A stretch of DNA of 64,000 nucleotides from Desulfomonilia bacterium (GCA_050014195.1 JBEKDT010000012.1:32001-96000), one strand, 5' to 3'. Numbered from the stretch's first letter, positions 1-10,011 are shown. The notes: generated by a model from the sequence alone, not told the origin. Numbers and translations are program-made.

Positions 1-2
1 GG

Positions 3-284
3 AGCAAAAAGGCTTACCTGATGCAGCCTGAGGTGAAATACGGCTACAGCCTGGCATCCTTTTTGAAACAAGACGGCAACTGGGACGAGGCCCTAGATGT
101 GTTGAGACAGGTAGTTGCTTCAGACAGGACATTTGGCGATGCATACCTGCTCATGGGTGAGATCTATGAAGAGCGGGGAAAGAAAAGGGATGCAGCGGCT
201 GTGTACCGGCAGGGGCTCGCAGTCGAAGAACTTCTGAAGAAAGACCGCAATCGGCTGGAGAGAAAGCTCGAATCCTTGCAATGA
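3..284 (+). CDS. Tetratricopeptide-repeat protein, C-terminal part (5' end lies outside the window)
   Basis: Frame is open from the window edge; TPR-like pattern (WDEALDVLRQVV...DAYLLMGEIYEERG..DAAAVYRQGL). Confidence 0.7.
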   Translation, partial: SKKAYLMQPEVKYGYSLASFLKQDGNWDEALDVLRQVVASDRTFGDAYLLMGEIYEERGKKRDAAAVYRQGLAVEELLKKDRNRLERKLESLQ

Positions 285-343
285 TGATCGCCGCTGTCAT
301 GAAAGAGTACCTACGCATGCGCTGAAGACATGGAGGATATCAT

Positions 344-1822
344 ATGAGAATCTGGCCGAACCATCCAAGGATCTATGAAATCAATACCTGGGCATGGCTT
401 GAAGAACTCAGCAGGCAAGCCGGGCAGGAGATAACGCTTGCCACGGTATCAAAAGAGGTATGGAACGCCCTTGCAGAACTTTCCCTGGATGCGGTCTGGT
501 TCATGGGGGTCTGGGAGAGGAGTCCCGTGGGTTTCGGTATTGCGGTGAAGAACGAGGGTCTTCAGGAGGAATTCCGGCGTATATTACCCGGTTATCAAAC
601 CTCTGACATGACGGGTTCTCCCTACTGTGTACGCCGGTATGTGGCGGATGCACGTCTGGGTGGTGCCGATGGCCTTGCCGTAGCACGCAAAGAGCTTGCA
701 AAGCGGGGCTTAAGCCTTATCCTTGATTATGTACCGAACCACGTGGCCCCTGATCACCCTTGGGTTACCGAGCATCCTGAGTATTTCATACATGGAGACC
801 ATGAAGACCTTGAAAACGACCCTGCATCATTTATCGAAGTGAAAGACAAAATCTATGCCTGCGGAAGAGACCCTTACTTCCCGGCCTGGCAGGATGTGCT
901 CCAGCTCAATGCGTTCAATAAAGGCCTGCGCCAGGCAGACCTTGAGGTGGTTTCAGCCATCGCTCAGCAGTGTGACGGCATACGGTGCGACATGGCCATG
1001 CTGCTCATGAATGACGTGTTCGCCAGGACCTGGGGAGACAGGGCGGGTTCAAGACCTGTCACGGAGTTCTGGCCGGATCTTATCAAATCAGTAAAGAAAT
1101 ACCTCCCTGACACCCTGTTCATGGCAGAGGCTTACTGGGATCTGGAATGGGAATTGCTGCAGCAGGGGTTTGACTACTGCTATGACAAACGTCTCTATGA
1201 CAGGCTCTATTCAGAAAACGCCGAGAGTGTGAGGCTTCACGTGGGCTCTGATGTTTCTTATCAGAAGAGGCTGGTGCGTTTTATTGAAAATCACGATGAG
1301 CCAAGGGCGGCTTTTGTATTCCCCCATGATAAAGCGCGAGTCGCAGCGCTCGTCATTGCAACGTTACCCGGGGCGAAGCTCTTCCATGAAGGCCAGTTCG
1401 AGGGTAGAAGGGTGAAACTGCCGGTCTTCCTGAAACGAAGACCCGATGAGCCTGTGGACCATGGTCTCAAAGCATTCTATGGCAAGCTGCTTGAAGCCGT
1501 GAACATACCGGTGATACAGGAAGGAAATTGGCGTCTCTGCGGACTTTCCGGATGGCCGGACAATGCGACGTGGATGACCCTGGCTGCATGGTTCTGGCAA
1601 AAAGGCAAGGATGTCTGCCTGATCGTGGTAAATCTCTCCGAGACAAGGGCCCAGGCTCGTGTGCGTATGACCGGCGTCGACCTTGCAGGGAAGACGCTCC
1701 AGATGAGAGACCTCATCAGTAATGAGCTCTATGAGCGATCAGGCAACGAGATGGCGGAGATCGGCCTGTATGTTGATCTCAGTCCGTGGGCGTTCCATGT
1801 CTTGAGATTTGAAAGTGCCTAA
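344..1822 (+). CDS. Alpha-amylase family glycosyl hydrolase (GH13)
   Basis: GH13 conserved regions: LDYVPNH, DGIRCDMA (nucleophile), AEAYW (acid/base), FIENHDE; GGAGGA RBS. Confidence 0.9.
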   Translation: MRIWPNHPRIYEINTWAWLEELSRQAGQEITLATVSKEVWNALAELSLDAVWFMGVWERSPVGFGIAVKNEGLQEEFRRILPGYQTSDMTGSPYCVRRYVADARLGGADGLAVARKELAKRGLSLILDYVPNHVAPDHPWVTEHPEYFIHGDHEDLENDPASFIEVKDKIYACGRDPYFPAWQDVLQLNAFNKGLRQADLEVVSAIAQQCDGIRCDMAMLLMNDVFARTWGDRAGSRPVTEFWPDLIKSVKKYLPDTLFMAEAYWDLEWELLQQGFDYCYDKRLYDRLYSENAESVRLHVGSDVSYQKRLVRFIENHDEPRAAFVFPHDKARVAALVIATLPGAKLFHEGQFEGRRVKLPVFLKRRPDEPVDHGLKAFYGKLLEAVNIPVIQEGNWRLCGLSGWPDNATWMTLAAWFWQKGKDVCLIVVNLSETRAQARVRMTGVDLAGKTLQMRDLISNELYERSGNEMAEIGLYVDLSPWAFHVLRFESA

Positions 1823-1858
1823 CTCTGATGAAAAAGCCGAGAACGCCTAAAAACCTGT

Positions 1859-3361
1859 TCATGGTCGGCCGGAGGCTGCGACATTGCTCTGATCTTTGAT
1901 GTTTTCCTCAACCCACTGATGGTATCTCACTGCGCGTGCAAGGGCAGAGGCCGCCTTGTCCGGTGCGGAATAGGGCATGATGCCGTGATGGTCGAGGAAG
2001 TCCACGGGATTATTGTCCATTCGGATATCGAAGCTCATGATGTCGAAAACCGGTATGATAGGCCGCCGGTATTTTTCGACAAGTTCAACGATGAGGGTGA
2101 AGAGCTTGGTTTCTTCGGCTATCATGATTTCAGCCGATTGCTTCACGGCCTGGGTGGGTACGGTGCTGGACCTGAGCCAGCCATGGGCGCGAAGGCTTAG
2201 GTATCCGAGGCCCATGAGAAGAACGGCATCGGCTGACGCATGCTCCATAAGCTCTATAATGGTGTCCGTGATTACACTCACGCGCTGGGGCGCCACCAGG
2301 TCGATAGGGTTGCCCCTGCTCCAGTAGCGTGGAAGGATCTTATCGAGTGTTTCTATAAGAGACGGATCAAGGGGATTTACGACAAGAGAGTTTTTAATGC
2401 ACAAGTCGGTTGCTATCACACCCCATCCGCCGCCCGAGGTGATAATGGCCACGCGGTTTCCGGAAGGCATGGGCTGCATAAGGACCCCGGCCGTATCGAT
2501 CATTTCGTCCATGGTATCGAGCTGGATAATACCCGTCTGCCGGCACATGGATGTGAAAAGCTCGTCGTTGCCCGCCATGGCGCCTGTATGGGACATGGCA
2601 GCCACGGCACCTCTGTGGGTGCGTCCTCCCTTGATGAGGATGATGGGTTTCTTCGGCGATATCCTTCGGGCGGCCTCGAAAAACTTCCTGGGCTGCCTCA
2701 GGCCCTCCACATAAAGGCAGATGATCGTGGTCTTTTCATCGAGCTCGAGATATTCCATGAAGTCTTCCAGGGTGAGGTCGGCCTCGTTCCCCGAGCTGAT
2801 GAGGCGGCTGATGCCGATACGCCGTCGCAGGAAGCGGTATGAGATGGAAGACCCAAGGTTGCCGCTCTGTACGATGAGGCCGATGCCGCCCGGTCTCAAC
2901 GGCATGGAGCCCATGAGGGCCTGCATGATGGATGGATACGCACTGAACACGCCCATGGTATTGGGACCCACCAACCGCATGCCTCCTTTCCTGGCGGTCT
3001 TAACCACCTCTCGTTCGAGCTTTGCTCCCTTGGAACCGGTCTCGGAAAAACCGGCGGTAATGATGATGCCATACGGTATCTTTTTTTCTATGCACTGTTT
3101 CACCGTGTCCAGAACAAGGTTGTCTGCAACCACGATGAGGGCGAGGTCAATGGGTTTGTCGATCTCATCGAGGGAAGAGTACATTTTTCTGCCGAACCAT
3201 TCTCCTCCCCTGGGGTTGACGGGAAAGATCTCGCCTGCAAAACCCCGTTTCACGATGGTGTGGAGGATGTTGAACCCCCATTTGAAGATGTCGGTAGAGG
3301 CGCCGATGAACGCTATGGTGCGTGGTTCGAAGAGACGCTGAAGATCGTTGATGGCAGGCAT
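1859..3361 (-). CDS. Acyl-CoA synthetase (NDP-forming) alpha subunit / CoA-binding protein
   Basis: FEPRTIAFIGAS, PVNP, GPNTMG, QSG, SSGNEADL, phospho-His motif SHTGAMAG, NPIDL. Confidence 0.88.
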   Translation of the reverse strand: MPAINDLQRLFEPRTIAFIGASTDIFKWGFNILHTIVKRGFAGEIFPVNPRGGEWFGRKMYSSLDEIDKPIDLALIVVADNLVLDTVKQCIEKKIPYGIIITAGFSETGSKGAKLEREVVKTARKGGMRLVGPNTMGVFSAYPSIMQALMGSMPLRPGGIGLIVQSGNLGSSISYRFLRRRIGISRLISSGNEADLTLEDFMEYLELDEKTTIICLYVEGLRQPRKFFEAARRISPKKPIILIKGGRTHRGAVAAMSHTGAMAGNDELFTSMCRQTGIIQLDTMDEMIDTAGVLMQPMPSGNRVAIITSGGGWGVIATDLCIKNSLVVNPLDPSLIETLDKILPRYWSRGNPIDLVAPQRVSVITDTIIELMEHASADAVLLMGLGYLSLRAHGWLRSSTVPTQAVKQSAEIMIAEETKLFTLIVELVEKYRRPIIPVFDIMSFDIRMDNNPVDFLDHHGIMPYSAPDKAASALARAVRYHQWVEENIKDQSNVAASGRP

Positions 3362-3363
3362 GA

Positions 3364-4176
3364 TTAATACTTGCCCCTAAAGTCGGGTCTTCTTTTCTCT
3401 TTCTGGGCACGAACCCCCTCGCGGGCGTCTTCACTGGCAAAAATAGGCATGCCGATGGCCACCTCACGAATGAACAGATCCTTCAAATTCCTCATGCGCA
3501 TCTCTCGGTTGAATTTGATGATGCCCTGGGTGGCAAGTGGACCGTTGGAGGAAATCTTACCAGCAAGTTCAAGGGCGGTATCCATGAGCTTGTCCTTGGG
3601 GACGACCCTGTTAAGGAAACCCCATTCATACATGGTCTTGGCATCGAAATTACCGGCTGTGAGGAGGATCTCAAGGGCCCTGCACGTTCCGACATGGCTC
3701 GGAAGGAAGATGTTCCCTCCGCCCGTGGGCATGATGCCGAGGCTCGCCTCACGCATCTGGAAGACCGCATCCTCGGATGCAACGCGCAGGTCTGCGCCCA
3801 TGACCATCTCGAAACCGCCGGTGAGGCAATAACCATGGATAGCCGCGATAACGGGCTTGTTTACAAAGCTGATCTTGAGCATGGCCTCACCGACACCCTT
3901 GCCGTCCCATCCGGAGGCTACCCACTCTTCTGCCTCATTCTCAGGCGGTCTTGCCCTTGTGAGAATGGGTATAGCAGTCTTCAGGTCCATTCCGGCGCAG
4001 AATATGCCGGGAAGTGCCGAGTACAACACAGCCACCCTGATGTTAGGGTCATCATTGATGTCTATCCAGGTCTTGTGCAGTTCGAGCAGAATACCCGGGT
4101 CCAGGGCATTGAGCTGCTGGGGGCGATTGAGGCCGACCTTTGCGATGTGTCCGATTTTTTCATAAATAAGATTCAT
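3364..4176 (-). CDS. Enoyl-CoA hydratase/isomerase (crotonase) family protein
   Basis: LNRPQQLNAL, FCAGMDL, KPVIAAIHGYCLTGGFE, EASLGIMP, SEDAREGVRA.KEKRRPDF. Confidence 0.92.
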   Translation of the reverse strand: MNLIYEKIGHIAKVGLNRPQQLNALDPGILLELHKTWIDINDDPNIRVAVLYSALPGIFCAGMDLKTAIPILTRARPPENEAEEWVASGWDGKGVGEAMLKISFVNKPVIAAIHGYCLTGGFEMVMGADLRVASEDAVFQMREASLGIMPTGGGNIFLPSHVGTCRALEILLTAGNFDAKTMYEWGFLNRVVPKDKLMDTALELAGKISSNGPLATQGIIKFNREMRMRNLKDLFIREVAIGMPIFASEDAREGVRAQKEKRRPDFRGKY

Positions 4177-4325
4177 ACACCCTCCCTAGGACTGCATGTA
4201 GTTATCGATCCATATAGTGCTACCGGTCTACCGGGCATTTGTCAACCACACGGGGATCATAAAATTAAGGATAGCAATGATGTGTAGAGATTTTTGCTTC
4301 ATCCTTCATGCCTAAACTTGACGTC

Positions 4326-4375
4326 TTGACAAAATGATCTATCAAATTATCTTTTATATTGAACACCCAGTCAAT
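4326..4375 (+). promoter_or_regulatory. Putative sigma70 promoter with TetR-type operator for the TetR/corrinoid operon
   Basis: TTGACA 4326-4331, TATCTT 4348-4353 (16 bp spacer), inverted repeat ATTGA-N8-TCAAT at 4358-4375. Confidence 0.5.
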
Positions 4376-4391
4376 TTAAAAAGGAAAAGCA

Positions 4392-5063
4392 GTGAAACGC
4401 AGCACCCTCGGTTTACGGAAGAATCTCAAGGAACTCAAGCGCAGGGAGGCCATAATCTCCTCGGCCATACAGGTCTTCTCTGCCAAGGGATATGAGAGGG
4501 CCACCATGGATGACATTGCTGCAGATACCGGGCTCAGTAAGGCATTGATCTACTGGTACTGGGAAAACAAGGCTGCGTTATTCTCTGAGCTGGTTGACCG
4601 GTGCATGATACCCTACTGCCATCTCCTGCAGAAGACCATCGACTCCCCTGATCCGTTTGGAGAGAAGCTCACCTTGTTCCTGACGGATTTCACACGGCTC
4701 TTCAGAGATAATGATGCCTTGAACAAGCTGGTGCATTTCGGCTCACTCCATTCCCATCCGGTAAATGAACAGGAGAATTTCAGCGAGAAGGCGAACGCCT
4801 ATTACCAAAGGGTCCAGGACTTGCTCCATGAGTTGCTCAGCCAGGGTGTCAAACAGGGCTATTTTAAGGTCGACCTGGACAAAAAGGCGCTATCCTTTTT
4901 CCTCCTGCTGGCTGTGGAAGGATACATCTACATGTCCATGCTGGAAGAGAGGATGCCGGTTGAGAGGGCCCTGATAGACTTGGCCCGGAATATCATATTC
5001 CCGGCTGTCATTCGTAAAGATGATAACAGAACAGGCTTCAACAACTTGTTTTCTTGTAGATGA
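4392..5063 (+). CDS. TetR/AcrR family transcriptional regulator
   Basis: N-terminal HTH: AIQVFSAKGYERATMDDIAADTGLSKALIYWYWENKAALF. Confidence 0.92.
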   Translation: MKRSTLGLRKNLKELKRREAIISSAIQVFSAKGYERATMDDIAADTGLSKALIYWYWENKAALFSELVDRCMIPYCHLLQKTIDSPDPFGEKLTLFLTDFTRLFRDNDALNKLVHFGSLHSHPVNEQENFSEKANAYYQRVQDLLHELLSQGVKQGYFKVDLDKKALSFFLLLAVEGYIYMSMLEERMPVERALIDLARNIIFPAVIRKDDNRTGFNNLFSCR

Positions 5064-5155
5064 AGGGACACGGTGGTCTCTGTTGGCGGGTAGCTCGGTA
5101 ACGGTTGACTTTACTTGGGGCTGCTAAAGGTTAAGATAAAAAAGGAGGATGCCCT

Positions 5156-5851
5156 ATGGAATCCCAGGATAAAGGTGTGTTCGATAGATTTCAGGAGATC
5201 TTCTTTACTTTTCAAATCGATGAGATCATCAAGCATGCGGATGATCTTATCGGCTCTCATGTATCCCCGCAGGGTTTCCTTACTGTATGCCAACAGTGCA
5301 TGGACGTTGTCGGGAAGAGGTTTGAGGCAGGTGAATACTTCCTCCCGGAGCTGATTGTTGCAGGGGAGGTCTTCAAGCTGTTGAGCCTAAAGATACGACC
5401 ATTTCTCAAGACATATGATACCCTCGGCTCGAGCGGAAGCATTGTGGTCGGCACACCTAGGGGCGATATACACAGCCTCGGGAAGGACATCTTCTGTATG
5501 CTGGCCGAGGCTGTAGGGTTTAGGGTCCATAACCTGGGGGAAGATGTGCCGCCTGATGCCTTTATCGCCAAGGCAAGAGAAACAGATGCCAGGATTATAG
5601 GCATGTCTGCGCTCATTACGACTGCATACTCATCCATGCAGGAAGTCATCCGGCAGCTCGAAAAAGACGGGCTTCGAGACCGGGTCAAGGTCGTGATCGG
5701 GGGCGGTGCCACCACAAAAGAACTCGCTCAGAAGCTGGGCGCAGATGCACAAACATGGGATGCCTATGAAGGGATCAGGATCATAGAGTCGTTCCTTTCT
5801 CAAGAAGCCTCTGATGTGAAAATCGCCTCTGAAGGGGGAAAGCTCGGGTGA
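5156..5851 (+). CDS. Corrinoid (cobalamin-binding) protein, MtaC/MetH B12 domain type
   Basis: Cap domain VGKRFEAGEYFLPEL; DxHxxG motif GDIHSLGK; SALITT; VIGGG. Confidence 0.92.
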   Translation: MESQDKGVFDRFQEIFFTFQIDEIIKHADDLIGSHVSPQGFLTVCQQCMDVVGKRFEAGEYFLPELIVAGEVFKLLSLKIRPFLKTYDTLGSSGSIVVGTPRGDIHSLGKDIFCMLAEAVGFRVHNLGEDVPPDAFIAKARETDARIIGMSALITTAYSSMQEVIRQLEKDGLRDRVKVVIGGGATTKELAQKLGADAQTWDAYEGIRIIESFLSQEASDVKIASEGGKLG

Positions 5852-7044
5852 GGGAGCAGAAAATATTTAAGAGGGATCGACTGAGCGCTGATCAAAGGGT
5901 CAATGCTGTTGTGCGCTGCGAAAAGCCTGACCGGGTTCCGCTTTCTCTCATGATCTACTACTATGCCCCGTTTCACACGGGCATGGACATGGGGACGTAC
6001 CTGAAGCGGCCCAAGGCCTACATGTCGGCGATGCACCAGGTGTTTGAAGATATCGGGCCCTGGGACATATATTACAACATCAATCCTTTCTCGAGGTTGA
6101 TGTACAGCTATGTCATGATGATGAGGTCCCTGTGGCCCGGGATAGAGCTTCCTCGCGGCGGGGTGGTACAGATCGAGGAGATAGAATATATGACGCCTGA
6201 AGACTACGATGATATCCTCAGGTCCGACTCATGGTGGTCAACCAAGCTCGGCGATACCCTGTTCCGACTCAGGATGCTTCCCCGCTTCTGCCAGGAGGCA
6301 AGCGGCAGTAGCCCCATAAAGGTTTTTTCACAATTTATCGCCGGACTCTTCAGCCAGTGGCTCTTCTGGTTCAGGGATTTCTCATGGTGGAGGAAAAAGG
6401 GGGCGGCCATCCAGATCGGCTACCAGGCCGAGATGCCTTTTGACATCTTCTCGCAGGCGAGAAACGTCATCAACTTTTCAAAAGACCTCTTTGCCATACC
6501 CGACAAGATAGGCAAAGCAGCCACTAGGCTTGCCGACAGCTTCGCCAATTTCTCCATCCTGATTGCAAAGGTCATGCAGGTTCCCCGTGTGCAGCTCTAT
6601 CTTCACCGGACATCCAACAGCTTCATCTCGCCTAAGCAGTTCGAGATGCTTGCATTCCCGAGCATCGAGATCATCGTGAACCGATTGGTTGATGCAGGGA
6701 TCACCCCGATCCTCCACTGCGACGGAGACTGGCTGAAGAACCTGAAGACCCTGCGCCGCCTCCCGGCAAAGTCCTGCATACTCCAGCTCGACGGGCTGAC
6801 GGACATCTTCAAGGCCAAGGAGGAGATAGGCGAGGATATGTGTATCTTCGGCGATGTCCCCGCTGGCATGCTCGTGATGGGCTCAGAAAGCGAGGTCGAT
6901 GAGTACTGCCATCGTCTCATCACGGAGGTGGGCAGGGGAGGGGGATTCATCCTGGCCGGTGGCTGAGAGGTCCCGTCCAACTCCCGTGTGGAGAATCTCA
7001 AAGCCATGGTAGGCGCTGTGGAAAAGTACGGCTACTATGAGTAA
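5848..7044 (+). CDS. UroD/MtaA (MT2) family methyltransferase, probable selenoprotein (UGA 6964-6966 = Sec373; 398 aa)
   Basis: PDRVP start, ILHCDG, CIFGDVP, GGGFILAGG-[TGA]-EVPSNSRVENLKAMVGAVEKYGYYE-TAA. The read-through matches the family C-terminus and ends 14 nt before the next ATG. Confidence 0.85.
6964..7000 (+). promoter_or_regulatory. Putative bacterial SECIS element
   Basis: Stem CTCC(6981-84)/GGAG(6990-93) with loop CGTGT 18 nt after the UGA, G at loop position 2; lower pairing TGAGA/TCTCA. Confidence 0.6.
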
Positions 7045-7058
7045 AATAAGGAGAAGGG

Positions 7059-7871
7059 ATGAAAACCGATATCATCAATGCGGTGAAGGATTTTACGGCA
7101 CAGGAGGGAGTCCTCATGGGCGTTGCGAGCGCAGAGGTGCTCAATGCAAAGGCCCCTGAAGGATTCCGCCCCGTGGACATAATGCCGAGTGCCAAGAGCG
7201 TGCTCGTCTTTGCCAAGCCTCTTCCCCTTGCCGTATTCCTTGTGCCCGACGGATTCAATCACATGTATTACCAGCGGTCTGCCTACATGTACTACCTCCT
7301 CATGGATAGGGTAGCAGATGGAGCGAGCATGATCCTCCAGGAAGAAGGATATCTTTCACTGCCCATCCCGTCCTACAGCCCATTACGATTTCATGAGGGC
7401 GAACCGAGGGGGGTCATCAGCCTCAAACACGCTGCAGCCGAAGCCGGGCTGGGCGCAATCGGAAGAAATACCCTGCTCATCAACCCCAAATATGGGAATA
7501 TCATGAGGCTTGGTGCTCTCATGACCGAGATGCAATGGCCGGAATACTCATCCAATGCCGATTACAGACCCTGCCCGGAAGGGTGTCATGTATGCGAACG
7601 CTCTTGTCCGATAGGCGCCATCAAAGATGGCAGGGTAAATAAGACAGCCTGCCTGGGCAGGTGCATCAAGCATGCGATGCTGCCTCCATCTTTCATGCTC
7701 CCTGTGGTTAAGAAGGCAGTTGCACACAGCAGGATGCTCACAGAGTTCATGGAGCTCATCTCGCTCAATTTCTTCGAGACCTATGGTATCGGCTGCACGG
7801 CCTGCTTGAATGCATGCCCACATTTCCCGGGTAAAAAAAGAGAGGTCAGCCGGGGTGTGAGAAATAATTAA
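7059..7871 (+). CDS. Epoxyqueuosine reductase (QueG)-like cobalamin/2x[4Fe-4S] protein
   Basis: SAKSVLVF, SLKHAAAEAGLGAIGRNTLLINPKYG..MRLGALMT, CPEGCHVCERSCP, CTACLNACP. Confidence 0.8.
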   Translation: MKTDIINAVKDFTAQEGVLMGVASAEVLNAKAPEGFRPVDIMPSAKSVLVFAKPLPLAVFLVPDGFNHMYYQRSAYMYYLLMDRVADGASMILQEEGYLSLPIPSYSPLRFHEGEPRGVISLKHAAAEAGLGAIGRNTLLINPKYGNIMRLGALMTEMQWPEYSSNADYRPCPEGCHVCERSCPIGAIKDGRVNKTACLGRCIKHAMLPPSFMLPVVKKAVAHSRMLTEFMELISLNFFETYGIGCTACLNACPHFPGKKREVSRGVRNN

Positions 7872-7928
7872 GAAAGAAGGCCATTCATGACTTCCAATAA
7901 ACATTTGCAATCCATGCTCGAATTCTAG

Positions 7929-8822
7929 ATGAGATCGGAGATGACCATGCATGCATTTATCGCTGACCTGATCAAAGACGGGCCGGTCCTGACGGACGGA
8001 TCCTGGGGCACGCAGATCATCAAACGCGGCCTTAAGCCCGGGGAATCCCCTGATTCATGGAATCTCACCCACCCGGATAAGGTCCAGGAGGTAGCCAAGG
8101 AATATGTCGATGCGGGCAGCCGGATCATCCTGACCAACACCTTCGGCGCCAACCGTTTCGTGCTGGGCAAGTTCGGCCTTGCAGACAAGGTGGCCGAGGT
8201 CAACAGCAAAGGAGTCGAGATCTCCAAGAAGGCCGCAGGCACAAAGGCGTATGTCTTTGCATCCATGGGGCCCAGCGGCAAGTTGCTCCTTACCAGGGAT
8301 GTCAGCGAGGACGACCTCAGGCAGGCATTTGAAGAACAGGCCAAGGCCATCGCAACGGCGGGTGCGGACGCCATCGTGGTGGAGACCATGATGGATCCGG
8401 CCGAGGCCAGGATAGCCGCCACTGCGGCCAAACAGACCGGGCTTCCCGTGCTGGCCTGTCTGGTCTTCGATGCAGGCAAAACCAAAGACCGCACCATGAT
8501 GGGCAATACCCCCGAACAGGTTGTGGAAGTTCTCAGCCATCTAGGCATTGACGGCCTCGGCGCCAACTGCGGTCAGGGCATAGAGGGTTTCATCCCCATC
8601 TGCAGGCGTATGCGCTCAGTCACGGATCTTCCGCTCTGGATGAAACCGAACGCAGGGCTCCCGGAAAGGGTGGAGGGAAAGGTGGTGTACAGAACGACTG
8701 CCCAGGAATTCGTCCGCTTCGTTCCCGACCTTGTTCGCTCGGGTGCGAACTTCATCGGCGGATGCTGCGGGACGGAACAGGCATTCATCAGTGAGATTGG
8801 AAAAACACTGAAAGGCTTATAA
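7929..8822 (+). CDS. Homocysteine S-methyltransferase family protein (stand-alone MetH Hcy-binding domain)
   Basis: DGSWGT, TNTFGAN, ET, Zn ligands GANCG and GGCCG, PNAGLP; the start may be a few codons downstream. Confidence 0.92.
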   Translation: MRSEMTMHAFIADLIKDGPVLTDGSWGTQIIKRGLKPGESPDSWNLTHPDKVQEVAKEYVDAGSRIILTNTFGANRFVLGKFGLADKVAEVNSKGVEISKKAAGTKAYVFASMGPSGKLLLTRDVSEDDLRQAFEEQAKAIATAGADAIVVETMMDPAEARIAATAAKQTGLPVLACLVFDAGKTKDRTMMGNTPEQVVEVLSHLGIDGLGANCGQGIEGFIPICRRMRSVTDLPLWMKPNAGLPERVEGKVVYRTTAQEFVRFVPDLVRSGANFIGGCCGTEQAFISEIGKTLKGL

Positions 8823-8841
8823 TAATAAAGAGGAGTCATGC

Positions 8842-10011
8842 ATGCATGCCATCGAACGCGTACTCAACGCATTGGAAGGGAAGCCGACCGACAGGGTCCC
8901 CACCTTCTGTGCCATGGTTGAAGACAGGACCTTCAACGAGGTGCTCGGAAAACCGCTCATATCCCAGGAGACACTGTTGAAAAACCCCGTGTCCCGATTT
9001 TTCCTCGACAGATGGGGCACAAGGTTGACGAAGCTCGTATTTCAGCCCGAGGTGAACCGTGCCCTGGAAAAGCGCATCAGGGCCCAGGTCGAGCTGGGCT
9101 TCGATGCGGTATGGGCCTTTCTCGACGAGACCTTCGTCGTGCTCGATTCGAAGACCATGGCGAGGTTCACGGGGTCCATCTTCAATCTCCAGCCGGACGG
9201 CTTTGGGAACATGACCTACATGTACCGCGGGCCGGGCATCAAGAGCCGGGAGGATTTCGAGAGCTGGCCCTACTGGCCGGATGCCGATGATGTGGCGCAC
9301 AGTTCGTACAAGTTTTTCAAGAGGATGGTTAAAAAATATGGAGATCGTTCCTGCATCATCGGCGAAGCCTCTGCATACGGTATCCAGGAAACGATCCTGT
9401 GGGCATTGGGCTTTGAGAAGATGCCTATCTGGATCAGACGTGAGAAGGATCTGATCAAGCGTTTTATCGAGAGAAACGAGGAGCTCTGCCTCAAGACCAA
9501 CATGGCCCTCATCGATGCGGGGGTGAGAGTCATCATCCAGTGTGACGACTTTTCATTCAAGAGCGGCCCCATCATGAATCCGAAGCTTATCGACGAGCTC
9601 TTCGGCCCGTCATATAAGCGCATCATCAAGGCCGTGCACGACCGTGGAGCCAAGTATGTGCTCCATTCATGCGGCGACAACACCCTGCTCTTCGACACCT
9701 TCATCTCCTGGGGGGTGGATGGGCTCCACGCCTATGAAATGACCTCCAATGTCGACATCTTCAAGGAAAAGAAGATCCATGGCGACAAGGTTACCATCAT
9801 CGGCGGGGTGGGGGTGGATTATCTGCTCACGGACCGCTCAAAGGATGAAGAGGTAGTGGAAGAGGTCAGGAAGCTCATCAAAGAGCTCGGCCCCGGCGGC
9901 AGGTTCATCATCTCCCCGGTCCACAGCCTGAGTTCCATACCGGCGCACAAACTTAAGGTTATGGTGGATGCAGCCAAACGTTATGGCAGCTATCCCATAT
10001 CAATATCCTAA
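8842..10011 (+). CDS. UroD/MtaA (MT2) family methyltransferase
   Basis: ERVLNALEGKPTDRVP, DD, HxC motif LHSCGD, GGRFIISPVHSL...MVDAAKRYG. Confidence 0.88.
   Translation: MHAIERVLNALEGKPTDRVPTFCAMVEDRTFNEVLGKPLISQETLLKNPVSRFFLDRWGTRLTKLVFQPEVNRALEKRIRAQVELGFDAVWAFLDETFVVLDSKTMARFTGSIFNLQPDGFGNMTYMYRGPGIKSREDFESWPYWPDADDVAHSSYKFFKRMVKKYGDRSCIIGEASAYGIQETILWALGFEKMPIWIRREKDLIKRFIERNEELCLKTNMALIDAGVRVIIQCDDFSFKSGPIMNPKLIDELFGPSYKRIIKAVHDRGAKYVLHSCGDNTLLFDTFISWGVDGLHAYEMTSNVDIFKEKKIHGDKVTIIGGVGVDYLLTDRSKDEEVVEEVRKLIKELGPGGRFIISPVHSLSSIPAHKLKVMVDAAKRYGSYPISIS

Noticed and set aside
1919-3341. Many 60-300 aa antisense or alternative-frame ORFs here and across the window (e.g. 2240-2842, 14258-14884, 29714-30661, 54475-55260)
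   Set aside because: They are shadows of well-supported genes in GC-rich DNA, with no motifs or RBS
5064-5155. Cobalamin riboswitch upstream of the corrinoid genes
   Set aside because: The interval is too short and no B12-box motif is recognisable
5848-6966. Calling the first MT2 a truncated gene or pseudogene
   Set aside because: The stop falls exactly on the conserved Cys column, the downstream frame is intact and a SECIS-like hairpin follows; Sec is more parsimonious, though not proven
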